A stretch of DNA of 64,000 nucleotides from Eledone cirrhosa (Eukaryota): assembly GCA_964016885.1 (NCBI GenBank), contig OZ024748.1:34348001-34412000 (forward strand), written 5' to 3'. Shown one piece after another: positions 61,141 to 64,000 of the stretch. How positions within the stretch are numbered: position 1 is the stretch's first letter; each line of letters begins with the position of its first letter. The translations under genes and the position numbers were made by a program. The notes under the pieces were generated by a model that searched no databases, was not told where the DNA came from, and was given only the letters and a program-made list of their open reading frames with translations.

Positions 61141-64000
61141 TCACACAACGTCAGTCCCAATGTAACTACACCAACACCAGTCATTATGTAACCAAACCGA
61201 GGCCAGTCACCATGTAACTAGACCAACCGGGCACAATGTGACTAGACCAACACCAGTCACAATTTCTCTAGACCATCACCAGTCACAATGTAGCTAGACC
61301 AACACCAGTCACAATGTAATTGGACCAACACCAGTCACAATGTCATTAGACCAACACCAGTCACAATGTAACTAGACAAACACCAGTCACCATGTAAATA
61401 GACCAACACCAGTCACAATTTAACTAGACCAACGCCAATCGCAATGTCAGTAGACAAACACCACTCACAATGTAAATAGACCAAAACCAATAACAATGTA
61501 ACTAGACCAACACCAGTCACAATGTCATTAGACCACCACCAGTCACAATGTAACTAGACCAACACCAGTCACCATGTAAATAGACCAATACCAGTCACAA
61601 TGTAACTAGACCAACACCAGTCACAATTTCTCTAGACCATCACCAGTCACAATGTAACTAGACCAAAACCAGTCCCAATGTAACTAGACCAACACCAGTC
61701 ACAATGACATTAGACCATCACCAGTCTCAATGTAACTAGACTTACGCCAGTCATAATGTAACTAGACCAACCGAACACCAGTCACAATATAACTAGACCT
61801 ACGCCAGTCACAATGTGACTAGACCATCACAACACCAGTAACAATGTAACTAGACCTGCGCCAGTCTCAATGTGACTAGACCAACAGCAATCACAATGTA
61901 ACTAGACCAACACCAATCACAATGTCACTAGACCAATACCAGTCAGAATGTAACTAGACCAACACCAGTCACCATCTAACTAGACCAATACCAATCACAA
62001 TGTAACTAAAGCAACCCAACGCCAATCCCAATGTTACTAGACCAACACCAGTCATTATGTGACTAGACCAACACCAATCACGATGTAACTAGACCAGCGC
62101 CAGTCACAATATAACGAGACCAACGCCAGTCAAAATGTTACTAGACCAACATCAGTCACAATGTAACAAGAACAACGCAAGTCACAACGAAATTAGACCA
62201 ACGGCTGTCACAATGTAACTAGACCGACACCAATCCCAAGTTAACTAGACCAAACCAACGACAATAACAATGTACATAGACTTACGCCAGTCATAATGTA
62301 ACTAGACCAACCGAACACAAGTCACAATATAACTAGACCTACGCCAGTCACAATGTGACTAGATCATACCAACACCAGTAACTGTGTAACTAGACCTGCG
62401 CCAGTCTCAATGTGACTAGACCAACACCAATCACAATGTAACTAGACCAACACCAATGACAATGTAACTAGACCAGTGCCAGTCACACTGTAACAGGTCC
62501 AACGCCAGGCACAATATAGCTAGACCAACGCCAGTCATAATGTTACTAGACCAACAACACTCACAATGTAACTAAACCAACATCAATCACAATAAAACTA
62601 GACCAACGCCAATCACAATGTAACTAGACCAACGCCAGTCACAGTGTAGGTAGGCCAACGCCAGTCACAGTGTAATTAGAACAACACCAGTCGCAATCGA
62701 CTAGATCAACGCCAATCGCAATGTAACTAGACCAACGCCAATCAAGTTATAACTGGACCAACTCCAGTCACAGTGTACTTAGACCAAAGCCAATCACAGT
62801 GTGACTACACCAACGCCAATCACAGTGTAATTAGACCAACACCAGTCACAATGTAACTATACCAATGCCAGTCACAATGTAACTAGACCAACGCAATCAC
62901 AATGTAACTAGACCAACGCGAGTCACAATGTAACTAGACCGACGCTAGTCAGAATGTAACTAGACCAACACCAATGACATTGTGACTAGAGCAACACCAA
63001 TCACAATGTAATTAAACCAAGGCCAGTCACAATGTAACTAGACCAACGTCAATCACAATGTAACTAGACCAACACCAGTCTCCATGAGACTAGACCAACG
63101 CCAGTCACAATGTAACTAGACCAACGCCAGTAACAATGTAACTAGACCAACGGCAATCACAATGTAACTAGAATCACACCAGGCACCATGTAACTAGACC
63201 AACGCCAGTCGCAATGTAACTAGACATATCCCAACACCAATAACAATGTAACTGGACCAACGCCAGTAACAATGTAATTAGACCAACAGCAGTCAGCATG
63301 TAACTAGACCAACACCAATCACAATGTAACTAGACCAACCCAACGATAATCACAATGTAACTAGACCTACGTCTGTCATAATGTAACTAGACCAACCCAA
63401 CACCAGTCACAATGTAACTAGACCTACGCCAGTCACAATGTGACTACACCATCCCAACACTAGTAACAATGTAACTAGACCTGCGTCTGTCTCAATGTAA
63501 CAAGACCAACACCAATTACAATGTAACTAGACCAACACCAATCACAATGTTACTAGACCAACACCAGTCACTATGTCATTATACCAACACCAATTACAAT
63601 GTAACTAGACCAGCGCCAGTCACAGTGTAACAAGGCCAACGCCAGTCGCAATGTAACTAGACGAACACCATTCACAATGTAACTAAACCAACACCAATCA
63701 CAATAAATCTAGACCAACACCAATCACAATGTAACGGAGACCAAAGCCAGTCACAGTGTAATTAGACAGACGCCAATCATAATGTAACTACACCAACGCC
63801 AGTCACAATTTAACTAGACCAATATCAGTCACCATTTAAGTAGAATAACACCAGTCACCATGTAACTAGACCAACGCCATTCACAATATAACGAGACCAA
63901 CACCAGTCACAATGTAACCAGACAGACGCCAGTCACAATGTAACTAGACCAACGCCAGTCACAGTGTTATTAGATCAACACCAGTGGCAATCGACTAGAC
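61140..64000. repeat. 26-bp tandem satellite, consensus CACCAGTCACAATGTAACTAGACCAA, with 30-bp variants
   Basis: About 105-110 diverged units running to the window end (array open on the right). Confidence 0.98.

Overview
Eukaryotic, gene-free, repeat-dominated window, probably cephalopod (octopus-like; inferred from remembered SINE similarity and microsatellite density). Positions 1-~46850 are one CA-rich 40-bp satellite (about 1170 monomers, each built from five ACA-led 8-mers). It has ~2.4-3.7 kb higher-order repeats (HORs), 5.1 kb and 8.2 kb super-duplications, and a degenerate right edge. Positions ~46850-61140 are a nest of microsatellites and decayed mobile elements: two 5'-truncated Penelope-like elements with C-terminal GIY-YIG endonucleases and fold-back 5' ends, two hammerhead ribozyme motifs (one inside a small inverted-repeat-bounded element), a tandem cluster of R4/Dong-like non-LTR retrotransposons in (CATA)n, tRNA-derived SINEs, and a fossil hAT transposase not shown by the ORF track. 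A 14-bp minisatellite appears to have arisen from the hAT coding sequence, and a 26-bp satellite begins where the recognisable hAT sequence stops (~61140) and runs to the window end. No intact host gene is supported; the His/Thr- and Val/Cys/Trp-rich ORFs are satellite artefacts.
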